A DNA stretch of 64,000 nt from an uncultured Eubacteriales bacterium (GTDB lineage Bacteria > Bacillota > Clostridia > Oscillospirales > Acutalibacteraceae): the NCBI GenBank assembly GCA_964370635.1, contig CAYJJU010000002.1:93237-157236 (forward strand), read 5' to 3'. Position 1 is the stretch's first letter, and the number at the start of each line of letters is the position of its first letter. The notes under the pieces are model-generated. The model saw only the letters and a program-made list of their open reading frames with translations. It was not told the DNA's origin and made no database searches. This document shows, in pieces, positions 27,120 through 37,035 of this stretch. The translations under genes and the position numbers were made by a program.

Positions 27120-28535
27120 ATGAAAAAGTTTATATCAATAATTTTAATTTTAAGCTTAATTTCATTAATATCCTGCACCGACCGAGTTGCCGAGATTTAT
27201 TCTGAGAATATGATAAGTACTGCGCAGGAGAGTGACACTGTATTTGAGGAAGAAGAAAGCGGTACTGACACAAGCAACAATGTGCTGGTGATATCTTCTG
27301 ATTTAGCGCCAATGGAATTCTCAGGGGTGTTGCCCCTTGTTGAGGGATTTAAAAAACTCCACCCCGATGTTGAAATTATTTTGAACGAAACCGGCATAGA
27401 CCCCTTCACTGTCGGACCTCTTGAAAGCGTTATTGTATATGAAAAATACATGGCCGACTTAAGCGTTAAAATACTTTCAGGCGAAGCTCCGGATTTGCTT
27501 TTTAGCACAGGCGACTCCAATAGTGACTTTGCCTTTAGCGGACTCTTGTATGACCTTAATGAGTTTATAGAAAATGATGAAACTTTTATACAAGAAGATT
27601 TTTTCATGGAAGTATTAAATTCATGGGAGCTTGAAGACGCACTTTACAGCATGCCGACGGCATTTACATTTGGATTTGCTCGATTTAGGCAAGATGCACT
27701 TGATGCAGTGGGAATAAGTCTTGAGGGCGTGGAAAGTGTAGACTACAGATTTCTATTTGATACATATTACACCGTACTTGACAGTGGGTTATTTCCTGAA
27801 ATCACACATTTGGGCAGAGAAGAATACGTAGGTAAGGGAATTTTAACATTTGAGGAGCGAACAAGAAACTTTGATAAAGAGAGTATGACAGTAAATTTTG
27901 AAAGTGAAGAATTTTTAGATTTTCTTAATACTACTAACGGATACCTTGTCTCAGATAAGCCGTTTGGAAGTTTTTACATAGATGGCCCGGATAGTCTATT
28001 TGAGAGAGATGACTATTTAGTAGAAGGTTCGTACGCAACACTTTCCAGAGTCTTTAGTTTAACCGGTAAGCATGCGAAGGCAACAAAGGCTGTTCCGATT
28101 ACCACATCTGAGGGAGAATTATTACTTAGCGGGGATAATTTAAGTATTCCAAAAGATGCCAAAAACGCCGAGCTTGCATGGGAATTTATTAAATACTGCA
28201 TATATGAAAGCGAAAAAGTGTCAACTTCTTATGATACCATCGGAGAGTGGGAGGGAGATAGATTTTATGATGCTATTCCTCTAAACAAAAATAACTTCCA
28301 GAAAATATGTGATGCGTATACAGTAGGTGAAACACAAGAGGCGTATATGACAGAGTATTATGACTTTGTAATAAAAGCACTCGAGTTACCGCTAGCAACA
28401 AGAATTCCATCATCAACTCTAGGTTATGCGCTAGATGCAATACAAATGGATTTCTATAACGGCCTAATGACCGCAGAAGAATGCGCTAAAGCTATGCAGG
28501 ACAGAGCGGAACTTTACTTTGCGGAGATAGGGTAA
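27120..28535 (+). CDS. SBP-like lipoprotein, array copy 5
   Basis: 471 aa from the ATG at 27120. Lipobox LISC. Motifs GEAPDL and NAELAWEFIKY. Confidence 0.9.
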   Translation: MKKFISIILILSLISLISCTDRVAEIYSENMISTAQESDTVFEEEESGTDTSNNVLVISSDLAPMEFSGVLPLVEGFKKLHPDVEIILNETGIDPFTVGPLESVIVYEKYMADLSVKILSGEAPDLLFSTGDSNSDFAFSGLLYDLNEFIENDETFIQEDFFMEVLNSWELEDALYSMPTAFTFGFARFRQDALDAVGISLEGVESVDYRFLFDTYYTVLDSGLFPEITHLGREEYVGKGILTFEERTRNFDKESMTVNFESEEFLDFLNTTNGYLVSDKPFGSFYIDGPDSLFERDDYLVEGSYATLSRVFSLTGKHAKATKAVPITTSEGELLLSGDNLSIPKDAKNAELAWEFIKYCIYESEKVSTSYDTIGEWEGDRFYDAIPLNKNNFQKICDAYTVGETQEAYMTEYYDFVIKALELPLATRIPSSTLGYALDAIQMDFYNGLMTAEECAKAMQDRAELYFAEIG

Positions 28536-28697
28536 AAAATGCGTAGCATTTTTTAGTGAAGAGTGAAAAGTGAAGAGTGAAAAGTTGTGGCGAAATGCTT
28601 CGCATTTTTTGATTACAAATTGTTAAAACCACGGTTTCATTGTAGGGGCGACGTTTCGTCGCCCGTGAGGTTTACGCAAAACAAAAGGAGAAGACTT
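28536..28697 (+). repeat. array junction J5 (long form, REP at 28642..28670)
   Basis: Same module order as J3. Confidence 0.85.
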
Positions 28698-30104
28698 ATG
28701 AAAAAGTTTATATCAATAGTTTTAATTTTAAGCTTAATATCATTAATATCTTGCACCGACCAAAGTGCCCAGATTTATTCTGAGAATATGGGAAGTGCCC
28801 AGCAGGAAAGCGACACCGAATCAGAAGACAGTGACGATACTAATAATAATGTGCTGGTGATATCTTCTGATTTAGCGCCAATGGAATTCTCCGGGGTGTT
28901 GCCCCTTGTTGAGGGGTTTAAAAAACTTCACCCAGATGTTGAAATTATAATAAGCGACACGGGTGTAGATATGATGTCGTTAACAGCCGATGAAGTGCCG
29001 ATTGCATTTAACAAATACATGGACGACTTAAGTGTTAAAATGCTCGCAGGCGAAGCTCCAGATTTGATTTACGGCACAAGTGACTATAATAACGACTTTG
29101 CCTTTAGCGGGCTTTTATATGACCTCAATGAATTCATTGACAATGATGAAACGTTCATAAAAGAAGATTTTTTCATGAACGTGCTAGAGGCCTGGGAAAT
29201 TGCAGGTGGACTGCATAGCATGCCTAGCATTTTAATGTTCAACTCTGTGCGCTTTAGGCAAGATGTGCTTGATGGCGTGGGGATAAGTCTTGATGAAATA
29301 GAAAGTGCAGACTATAAATTTTTATTTGACACATATTATAAAGTTCTTGACAGTGGCTTATTCCCTGAAATCACTCATTTAGGCAGAGAGGAATATGTTG
29401 GAAAAGCTCCTCTTACATCTGATGAAATGGCAAGTGCATTTGATAGAGAAAGTATGACTGTAAGTTTTGAAAGTGAAGAATTTTTAGACTTTCTTAACAC
29501 TACTAACGGGTACGATGTCACAGACATTCCATTTGGTTTTTTCGCTCTAGACGGCTCAGATTTTCTCTTCCAAAGAGATGAATATTTAGTAGAGGGCTCA
29601 ATTACAAGTGTCAGTAAAGCAACTTATTTAGTTTCAACACAAGCGAACGCCTCTAATGCTGTTCCAATTACCACATCCGAGGGAGAACTCTTCGTAACAG
29701 GGAATAACTTCAGTATTCCAAAAGATGCCCAAAACCCTGAGCTTGCATGGGAATTTATAAAATACTGCATATATGAAAGCGAAACTGTTTCGACTGCCTT
29801 GGACGCTATTGGAGAATGGGAGGGCGATAGATTTGAAAGTGCTATCCCCATAAATAAGAATAATTTCAAAAAATTGTGTGATGCGTACGCAGTAGGGGAA
29901 ACACAAGAGGCGTATATGACAGACTTTTATGATTATGTAGTAAAATCACTGGAGTTACCTATTGCAACAAAATTGCCTTCAGCGACTTTAGCCCGTACTA
30001 TAAGTAAAATACAAGTAGATTTCTATAACGGCTTAATGACCGCAGAAGAATGTGCAAATGCAATGCAAGACAGGGCGGAGATTTATTTTGCGGAGATAGG
30101 GTAA
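28698..30104 (+). CDS. SBP-like lipoprotein, array copy 6
   Basis: 468 aa from the ATG at 28698, with a lipobox, an acidic linker SAQQESDTESEDSDD, and motifs GEAPDL and NPELAWEFIKY. Confidence 0.9.
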   Translation: MKKFISIVLILSLISLISCTDQSAQIYSENMGSAQQESDTESEDSDDTNNNVLVISSDLAPMEFSGVLPLVEGFKKLHPDVEIIISDTGVDMMSLTADEVPIAFNKYMDDLSVKMLAGEAPDLIYGTSDYNNDFAFSGLLYDLNEFIDNDETFIKEDFFMNVLEAWEIAGGLHSMPSILMFNSVRFRQDVLDGVGISLDEIESADYKFLFDTYYKVLDSGLFPEITHLGREEYVGKAPLTSDEMASAFDRESMTVSFESEEFLDFLNTTNGYDVTDIPFGFFALDGSDFLFQRDEYLVEGSITSVSKATYLVSTQANASNAVPITTSEGELFVTGNNFSIPKDAQNPELAWEFIKYCIYESETVSTALDAIGEWEGDRFESAIPINKNNFKKLCDAYAVGETQEAYMTDFYDYVVKSLELPIATKLPSATLARTISKIQVDFYNGLMTAEECANAMQDRAEIYFAEIG

Positions 30105-30266
30105 AAAATGCGTAGCATTTTTCAGTGAAGAGTGAAAAGTGAAGAGTGAAAAGTTGTGGCGAAATGCTTCGCATTTTTTGATTATAAATTGTCAAAACCA
30201 CGGTTTCATTGTAGGGGCGACGTTTCGTCGCCCGTGAGGTTTACGCAAAACAAAAGGAGGAGCGGT
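30105..30266 (+). repeat. array junction J6 (long form, REP at 30211..30239)
   Basis: Same module order as J3. Confidence 0.85.
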
Positions 30267-31673
30267 ATGAAAAAGTTTATATCAATAATTTTAATTTTAA
30301 GCTTAATTTCATTAATATCTTGCACCGACCAAAGTGCGAAGATTTATTCTGAGAATATGGGAAGTGCCCAGCAGGAAAGCGACACCGAATCAGAAGAAGA
30401 CAGTGACGATACTAATAATGTGCTGGTGATATCTTCTGATCTTATACCACAAGAATTTGCAGGTTTTGGCCCCCTTGTTGAGGGCTTTGAAAAACTCCAC
30501 CCCGATGTTGAAATTATAATTAACGATACGGGTGTAGACATGATGGCGTTAACCCCTGATGAAACAACACTTGCATTTAACAAATACATGGACGACTTAA
30601 GCGTTAAAATGCTCGCAGGCGAAGCTCCGGATTTGATTTTTAGCACAGGTGATTTTAATAACGACTTTGCATTTAGCGGACTTTTATATGACCTTAATGA
30701 ATTCATAGAAAATGATGAAACGTTCATAAAAGAAGATTTTTTCATGGAAGTATTAAAGGCATGGGAAGTTGCAGGTGGACTGCACAGCATGCCCACAACT
30801 TTTGAGTTTTCATCGGTTCGTTTTAGGCAAGATGTGCTTGATGGCGTGGGAATAAGCCTTGACGAAATAGAAAGTGCAGACTATAAATTTTTATTTGACA
30901 CATATTATACAGTACTTGACAGTGGATTATTCCCTGAAATCACTCATTTAGGCAGAGAGCAATATGTTGGAAAAGGAATTTTAGCGTTAGAGGAAATATC
31001 GAATGCATTTGATAAAGAAACAATGACTGTAAATTTTGAAGGTGAAGAATTTTTAGACTACCTCAACACTACATTAAATTACGAAGCTGGACAATATCCG
31101 TTCGGCAGTTTTATGATGGCTGGTGCGGATACATTGTTTGAGCGAGAAGAGTATTTAGCCGAAGGTTCAGGCTCATATACTGACGATGCAGATTGCTTGG
31201 TTTCAGAAAAAGATAATGCCTCAAAGGCTATTCCCCTTACAACATCTGGGGGAGAGTTATTAGTAAAAGGGAATAATTTAAGCATTCCAAAAGATGCCAA
31301 AAACCCTGAGCTTGCATGGGAATTTATTAAATACTGTATATACGAGAGTGAAACAGTTTCAATCGCATTTGACGCTATTGGAGAATGGGACGGAGACAGA
31401 TTCTTTAACTCAATTCCAATAAATAGAAATAATTTTAAGAAAATATGTGATGCTTATTCAATAGGAGACCTACAAACGGTTTACATGACAGAGTATCATG
31501 ATTATGTAATAAAATCACTTGAATTACCCATTGCGACAAGAATGCCCTCAAATATTTTAGTAAAAGAGTTGAATAATTTACAAACAGATTTTTATAACGG
31601 CCTAATGACAGCAGAAGAATGTGCAAAAGCCATGCAGGATAGGGCGGAGATTTATTTTGCAGAAATAGAATAA
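30267..31673 (+). CDS. SBP-like lipoprotein, array copy 7
   Basis: 468 aa from the ATG at 30267. Same motifs as the other copies. Confidence 0.9.
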   Translation: MKKFISIILILSLISLISCTDQSAKIYSENMGSAQQESDTESEEDSDDTNNVLVISSDLIPQEFAGFGPLVEGFEKLHPDVEIIINDTGVDMMALTPDETTLAFNKYMDDLSVKMLAGEAPDLIFSTGDFNNDFAFSGLLYDLNEFIENDETFIKEDFFMEVLKAWEVAGGLHSMPTTFEFSSVRFRQDVLDGVGISLDEIESADYKFLFDTYYTVLDSGLFPEITHLGREQYVGKGILALEEISNAFDKETMTVNFEGEEFLDYLNTTLNYEAGQYPFGSFMMAGADTLFEREEYLAEGSGSYTDDADCLVSEKDNASKAIPLTTSGGELLVKGNNLSIPKDAKNPELAWEFIKYCIYESETVSIAFDAIGEWDGDRFFNSIPINRNNFKKICDAYSIGDLQTVYMTEYHDYVIKSLELPIATRMPSNILVKELNNLQTDFYNGLMTAEECAKAMQDRAEIYFAEIE

Positions 31674-31734
31674 AAAGTGTAGGGGCGACGTTTCGTCGCC
31701 CGTGAGGTTTACGCAAAACAAAAGGAGGAGCGGT
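31674..31734 (+). repeat. array junction J7 (61-nt short form, REP at 31679..31707)
   Basis: Nearly identical to J4. Confidence 0.85.
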
Positions 31735-33192
31735 ATGAAAAAGTTTATATCAATAATTTTAATTTTAAGCTTAATTTCATTAATATCTTGCACCGACCAA
31801 AGTGCGAAGATTTATTCTGAGAATATGGGAAGTGCTAATCAAAGCGAAGAAGATGAAAACACTGTCAGTGATGAAGGGGCAGCAGAAAGTACACTTTCGG
31901 GGACTTTAAAAATATCGTCTTCTTCTCAGCCGGAATATTTTTACCCATGGGCTAATACACTTAGAGAATTTAATAAAGTTCATCCAAATGTCGTGATAGA
32001 ATATAATGACACGGCGGTTCCTGCATTTGATTTGTCGCCGGAGGAATATATGCTCGCTTTAGAAAAATACGAAGACGATTTAGGTGTTAATATGGTTGCA
32101 GGAAATCCTCTTGATTTGATAATAAACAGTAAAGATTACACCAGTCAATTTGTTCCAAGTGGCATAATATATGATTTATACGAATTTATAGAAAACGACC
32201 CTGAGTTTATAAAAGAGCATTACTTTATGAATATTTTGGAACAAAGTGAAATAAAGGGTGGACTATATGTGCTTCCGACAGAAATAATATTTGAGTCGGT
32301 AAGAATTAGAAGCGATGTTTTGGAGTATTTTGAGATTGATGAAAACAATATCGAAACAGTCGACTATAAGTTTATGTACGATTTGTATTTTAAAACAGTT
32401 GAAAGCGGAGCCTTTCCAGAAATTAAATATATGGTGAGAGAGGAATTTTCAAGTAAAGCAGTATTGCTAGATGAAGAATATGCAGCGGCGTATGACCCTG
32501 AAACAATGACTGTGAACTTTGAAACACCCGAATTTATAGAATATTTAGAAACTACAAAAAAATTTGATGCAGTGGAAAATCCTTTTCAACTGAGAGCTGC
32601 AATAGGCGATATAGGGGTTTTTGCCACTGATGACTATTTGTTTGAAATTTCACAGTCTGTTGGTCAGGGTGCAAAATTTTATATGGGAGAAATGGAAAAT
32701 GCAACACGTCCTTTTCCACTTGTATCATCTACAGGTCAGCTAGTACCCACAGTTTTCGGGGGAATAAGTATCCCTAAAAATGCAGAAAACGCAGAGCTTG
32801 CGTGGGAGTTTATAAAGTTTTATATAGGCGAGACAGAAGAAGCGAATTATTATGACGAGGAAGAAAACGTAATTGGAACTAGAAGTAGCGGTGCAATATT
32901 TATAAACAGAGAGCTTTACAAGGTAGACCAAATGAACGTAGTAATTCAAGAGCTTGTTTACAGAGGTATAAACGAAGAGGAAGTTACGTACACAGTGGAG
33001 GAAATAGAAGGACTTATTTCATATGTAGAAAACGCATTGGCTATTCCACTTACTTTAGGGATTACAGATGTAGCGCTAAACAGTACACTCAGAGAAATAC
33101 AATTCGACTACTACAGCGACTTAATGACAGCAGAAGAATGTGCAAAAGCTATGCAGGATAGGGCGGAGATTTATTTTGCGGAGATTGAGTAA
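31735..33192 (+). CDS. SBP-like lipoprotein, array copy 8
   Basis: 485 aa from the ATG at 31735. Closest by eye to copy 4. Motifs GNPLDL and NAELAWEFIKF. Confidence 0.9.
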   Translation: MKKFISIILILSLISLISCTDQSAKIYSENMGSANQSEEDENTVSDEGAAESTLSGTLKISSSSQPEYFYPWANTLREFNKVHPNVVIEYNDTAVPAFDLSPEEYMLALEKYEDDLGVNMVAGNPLDLIINSKDYTSQFVPSGIIYDLYEFIENDPEFIKEHYFMNILEQSEIKGGLYVLPTEIIFESVRIRSDVLEYFEIDENNIETVDYKFMYDLYFKTVESGAFPEIKYMVREEFSSKAVLLDEEYAAAYDPETMTVNFETPEFIEYLETTKKFDAVENPFQLRAAIGDIGVFATDDYLFEISQSVGQGAKFYMGEMENATRPFPLVSSTGQLVPTVFGGISIPKNAENAELAWEFIKFYIGETEEANYYDEEENVIGTRSSGAIFINRELYKVDQMNVVIQELVYRGINEEEVTYTVEEIEGLISYVENALAIPLTLGITDVALNSTLREIQFDYYSDLMTAEECAKAMQDRAEIYFAEIE

Positions 33193-33365
33193 AAAGTGAA
33201 GAGTGAAAAGTGAAGAGTGAAAAGTGAAGAGTGAAAAGTGAAGAGTGAAAAGTTGTGGCGAAATGCTTCGCATTTTTTGATTATAAATTGTCAAAACCAC
33301 GGTTTCATTGTAGGGGCGACGTTTCGTCGCCCGTGAGGTTTACGCAAAACAAAAGGAGGAGCGGT
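33193..33365 (+). repeat. array junction J8 (expanded heptad repeat, REP at 33310..33338)
   Basis: Four exact GTGAAGAGTGAAAA units at 33196..33251, versus two elsewhere. It lacks the stop-adjacent AAAATGC hairpin. Confidence 0.85.
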
Positions 33366-34769
33366 ATGAAAAAGTTTATATCAATAATTTTAATTTTAAG
33401 CTTAATTTCATTAATATCTTGCACCGACCAAAGTGCCCAGATTTATTCTGAGAATATGGGAAGTGCCCAGCAGGAGAGCGACACCGAATCAGAAGACAGT
33501 GACGATACTAATAATGTGCTTGTGATATCTACCGAGTATGTACCACAAGAATATGCAGGTTTTGGTTCTCTTATTGAAGGCTTTAAAAAACTCCATCCCG
33601 AGGTTGAAGTTATATTAAACGACACGAGTGTGGATACGATGTCCTTAACACCTGATGAAACAACACTTGCACTTAGTAAATACATGGATGACTTAAGTGT
33701 TAAATTGCTCGCAGGCGAAGCTCCGGATTTGATTTTTTGCTTGGGTGATTTTAATAACGACTTTGCCTTTAGCGGACTTTTATATGACCTTAATGAGTTT
33801 ATTGAAAATGATGAAACGTTTGTAAAAGAAGATTTTTTCATGGAAGTGCTAGAGGCCTGGGAAATTGCAGGGGGGCTTCATAGCATGCCTACAATTTTTC
33901 TATTCAACTCTGTGCGTTTTAGACAAGATGTGCTTGATGGCGTGGGGATAAGCGTTGATGAGATGGAAAGTGTGGACTATAAGTTTTTATTTGATACATA
34001 TTATACGGTTCTTGACAGTGGATTATTCCCTGAAATCACTCATTTGGGTAGGCCGGAATATGTAGGAAAAGGTCCTCTTACATCTGAAGAAAGGGCAAGT
34101 GCATTTGATAGAGAAAGTATGACTGTAAGTTTTGAAAGTGAAGAATTTTTAGATTTTCTTAACACTACTAATGGGTACGATATCACAGACATTCCATTTG
34201 GAACTTTAAATATCGATGGTGCAGATTTTTTCTTTCAAAGAGATGAATATTTAGTAGAAGGAGCAACTTCAGTCACAGGCAACGCAGTTCAATTAATTTC
34301 AAATCAAGCGAATGCCTCAAAGGTTATTCCGATTACCACATCTGAGGGAGAACTTTTAATCAAAGGAAATAATGTGAGCATTCCAAAAGATGCCAAAAAC
34401 CCTGAACTTGCATGGGAATTTATAAAATACTGCATATATGAGAGTGAAACCGTGTCAACTTCTTATGATACCATCGGAGAATGGGAGGGCGATAGGTTTG
34501 AAAATTTTGTTCCTATAAATAAAAATAATTTCAAAAAATTGTGCGATGCGTACGCAGTAGGCGAAACGCAAGAGGTGTATATGGCAGACTTTTATGATTA
34601 TGTAATAAAAACACTGGAGCTACCCATTGCAACAAAGTTGCCTTCAACGACTTTAGGCCGTGCTTTAGATGCAATACAAATGGACTTTTATAACGGCCTA
34701 ATGACAGCAGAAGAATGCGCAAAGGCTATGCAGGACAGGGCGGAGATTTATTTTGCGGAGATTGAGTAA
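33366..34769 (+). CDS. SBP-like lipoprotein, array copy 9
   Basis: 467 aa from the ATG at 33366. Same motifs as the other copies. Confidence 0.9.
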   Translation: MKKFISIILILSLISLISCTDQSAQIYSENMGSAQQESDTESEDSDDTNNVLVISTEYVPQEYAGFGSLIEGFKKLHPEVEVILNDTSVDTMSLTPDETTLALSKYMDDLSVKLLAGEAPDLIFCLGDFNNDFAFSGLLYDLNEFIENDETFVKEDFFMEVLEAWEIAGGLHSMPTIFLFNSVRFRQDVLDGVGISVDEMESVDYKFLFDTYYTVLDSGLFPEITHLGRPEYVGKGPLTSEERASAFDRESMTVSFESEEFLDFLNTTNGYDITDIPFGTLNIDGADFFFQRDEYLVEGATSVTGNAVQLISNQANASKVIPITTSEGELLIKGNNVSIPKDAKNPELAWEFIKYCIYESETVSTSYDTIGEWEGDRFENFVPINKNNFKKLCDAYAVGETQEVYMADFYDYVIKTLELPIATKLPSTTLGRALDAIQMDFYNGLMTAEECAKAMQDRAEIYFAEIE

Positions 34770-34850
34770 AAAATGCGTAGCATTTTTCAGTGAAGAGTGA
34801 AAAGTGAAGAGTGAAAAGTTGTGGCGAAATGCTTCGCATTTTTTGATTAT
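34770..34850 (+). repeat. terminal half-junction J9
   Basis: Hairpin, 2 heptad pairs, then hairpin plus T6. Homology to the junctions ends there; there is no REP or RBS. Confidence 0.8.
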
Positions 34851-34861
34851 ATTTTAAAAAG

Positions 34862-34920
34862 CTGCAAACAAAAAAATGAGCCGGCTGGCTCATTTTTTAC
34901 TTTTTGCGTCACAAAAACAA
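34862..34920 (-). repeat. partial copy of the E1 internal module, including a bidirectional terminator hairpin (34870..34899)
   Basis: The reverse complement GTTTTTGTGACGC...AAAAAATGAGCCAGCCGGCTCATTTTTTTG aligns with 3736..3790 of E1. Confidence 0.65.
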
Positions 34921-34941
34921 ATTCTATAATTCTATTTTACT

Positions 34942-36066
34942 TTATACTATTCCCATGAACCATTCCACGGTTATTGCCACTATAACGACCAGTGCGGATA
35001 TTGTAAATCCGTGAATCATAGGTGCAAAACCCGATTTTTTCATGTCTCTTAACTGGGTGTTCATTCCTATAGCTGCAAGTGCCGCAACCATTAGGAATTT
35101 ACTGACATTTTTCATGACTAGTGACATTTCGGGTGGAATAAATCCAAAGCTATTTACGATTGACAGTCCTATAAATCCTGCTATAAACCAAGGGAAAATT
35201 GATAAGAAATTGATTTTGCTTGTGGTTTTTTCTTTTTTAGCCATAGTTTCTGAGCCATTTGACAAAGTTTCGATTTTGTCGAGTTGGCTAACTTCGTATT
35301 TTTCCGCTTTTTGATTTAGATGGTCTATTGCGTGGCTGGCTTTTACCTTCTCTCTATATTTAACCCTAATGTTTACATATGCAAAAACCAAAACTGTAGG
35401 AATAATTGTGAGTGTTCTGGTAAGTTTTACCATAGTTGCAAAGTCGCCTGCGGCTTCACTATAGGCATAAGAGGCCGCCACAACGCTTGAAGTATCGTTT
35501 ACCGCAGTTCCTGCCCATAGACCGTATGCCATGTCGCTAAGGCCTAACATATGTCCCATAAATGGAAATGCGACTATCATTATCATATCAAAAATAAATG
35601 TCGCCGACATTGCGTAGGCTATGTCTTTGTCCTCTGCATCTATGACCGGCGCAATTGCCGCAATGGCAGAACCGCCGCAAATTCCTGTTCCTGCCGATAT
35701 CAAGTTAGATAGCTTCCAGTCAAGTCCAAGTGCTTTACCTATAAAATAACCGCCACCAAAACAGGTTAACAGGGTAAAAAACATGACCGCTAATGAAAGT
35801 GTTCCAACAGTAAGTATTGTTTGAATGCTCAGTGATGCACCCAAAAGAATAATTGCAAATTTCAGTATTTTTTTAGAAGTGAATTTTAAGCCCGGCTTGA
35901 ATACAGAAACCGGAAAGAAAGTGTTGATAATTATACCAATAAACAGTGCAATTACCGACGCACCTATTAGGTGTATTGGAAGCAGTCCTTCGATAAAGGT
36001 CGCCACAAAAGCTATTGCAAGGGCTACCGCAACTCCCGGAATAATGCTTAGTACTTTTTTTACCAT
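34942..36066 (-). CDS. YeiH/UPF0324 family putative sulfate-exporter-type membrane protein
   Basis: 374 aa polytopic membrane protein. Its N-terminus and its divergent LysR neighbour match the yeiE-yeiH arrangement. Confidence 0.7.
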   Translation of the reverse strand: MVKKVLSIIPGVAVALAIAFVATFIEGLLPIHLIGASVIALFIGIIINTFFPVSVFKPGLKFTSKKILKFAIILLGASLSIQTILTVGTLSLAVMFFTLLTCFGGGYFIGKALGLDWKLSNLISAGTGICGGSAIAAIAPVIDAEDKDIAYAMSATFIFDMIMIVAFPFMGHMLGLSDMAYGLWAGTAVNDTSSVVAASYAYSEAAGDFATMVKLTRTLTIIPTVLVFAYVNIRVKYREKVKASHAIDHLNQKAEKYEVSQLDKIETLSNGSETMAKKEKTTSKINFLSIFPWFIAGFIGLSIVNSFGFIPPEMSLVMKNVSKFLMVAALAAIGMNTQLRDMKKSGFAPMIHGFTISALVVIVAITVEWFMGIV

Positions 36067-36178
36067 GATTTTAACTCCTCATTTTCTTTGATACCTTGAT
36101 TTTACTGCAAAATCATGATAAAATCAAATAATCATTTATTATATTACGATAAAAATTATTTATCACAGGGGGAAAATT

Positions 36179-37027
36179 ATGCTAGACAATAGGATTTACA
36201 CTTTTTTAGAGCTTTGCAATGTAATGAACTATCACAAAACTGCCGAAAATTTAAGAATGACACAGCCTGCAGTGACCCAGCACATAAAATTTTTAGAAGA
36301 GCATTATGGCTGCAAATTATTTGACTATTCAAATAGAAAACTAAAAAAAACCAGCAAAGGGATAGAGCTTGAAAAGTATGCCAAAAATATTATTTCCCTA
36401 AATATTTCTGTTAATGAAGAATTATCAAAAAAAGACAAGCTCCAAATTAACATAGGCGCAACAAAAACCATTGGCGAATACAAACTAAACCACGCACTCA
36501 TTTTGCAAAGTGAGTGTGAAGTAAATTTCATTATAGACAACACCGAAAACCTCATAAACAAACTTAACCATTTCGAACTTGACATACTCTTGCTTGAGGG
36601 GTATTTAGATAAAGATAAATACCTTTACAAAAAGATATCCGACGAAGAAATAGTGGGAATTTGCTCGCCAAAACATCGTTTTGCTGGCAAGGAGCCCAGC
36701 CTTACAGAAATTTTAGACGAAAATATAATTCTTCGTGAAAACGGCTCGGGCACGAGATGGGTTTTTGAGAATTTTTTGCTCAGTCAAGGTTACTCGGTAG
36801 ATAGCATAAAGCAAAAGTCCATCATAAGCAGTAATAAGGTAATTGAAAATATTGTCGAAAGCAATTTGGCGATATCCTTTGTCTATGATGTAATGCAAAA
36901 GCAAAACCCCAATCTTTCTTACTTTAAAATTAAAGAAAAGCGTATACACCACGAGTTTAACTTCGTTTTCCTCAATAACACAAAAGCTCAAAAGATTATG
37001 GGGTTTATTGAAAATGCTATGAAATAA
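36179..37027 (+). CDS. LysR family transcriptional regulator
   Basis: 282 aa with N-terminal HTH NYHKTAENLRMTQPAVTQHIKFLEE. Confidence 0.9.
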   Translation: MLDNRIYTFLELCNVMNYHKTAENLRMTQPAVTQHIKFLEEHYGCKLFDYSNRKLKKTSKGIELEKYAKNIISLNISVNEELSKKDKLQINIGATKTIGEYKLNHALILQSECEVNFIIDNTENLINKLNHFELDILLLEGYLDKDKYLYKKISDEEIVGICSPKHRFAGKEPSLTEILDENIILRENGSGTRWVFENFLLSQGYSVDSIKQKSIISSNKVIENIVESNLAISFVYDVMQKQNPNLSYFKIKEKRIHHEFNFVFLNNTKAQKIMGFIENAMK

Positions 37028-37035
37028 CGGTAAAA

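Noticed and set aside
22511-34850. Possibility that the regularly spaced junction repeats or the GTGAAGAGTGAAAA tract form a CRISPR array.
   Set aside because: The repeats are about 1.5 kb apart, and the sequences between them are full-length lipoprotein genes. The 14-nt units are directly tandem with no spacers. No cas genes are present.
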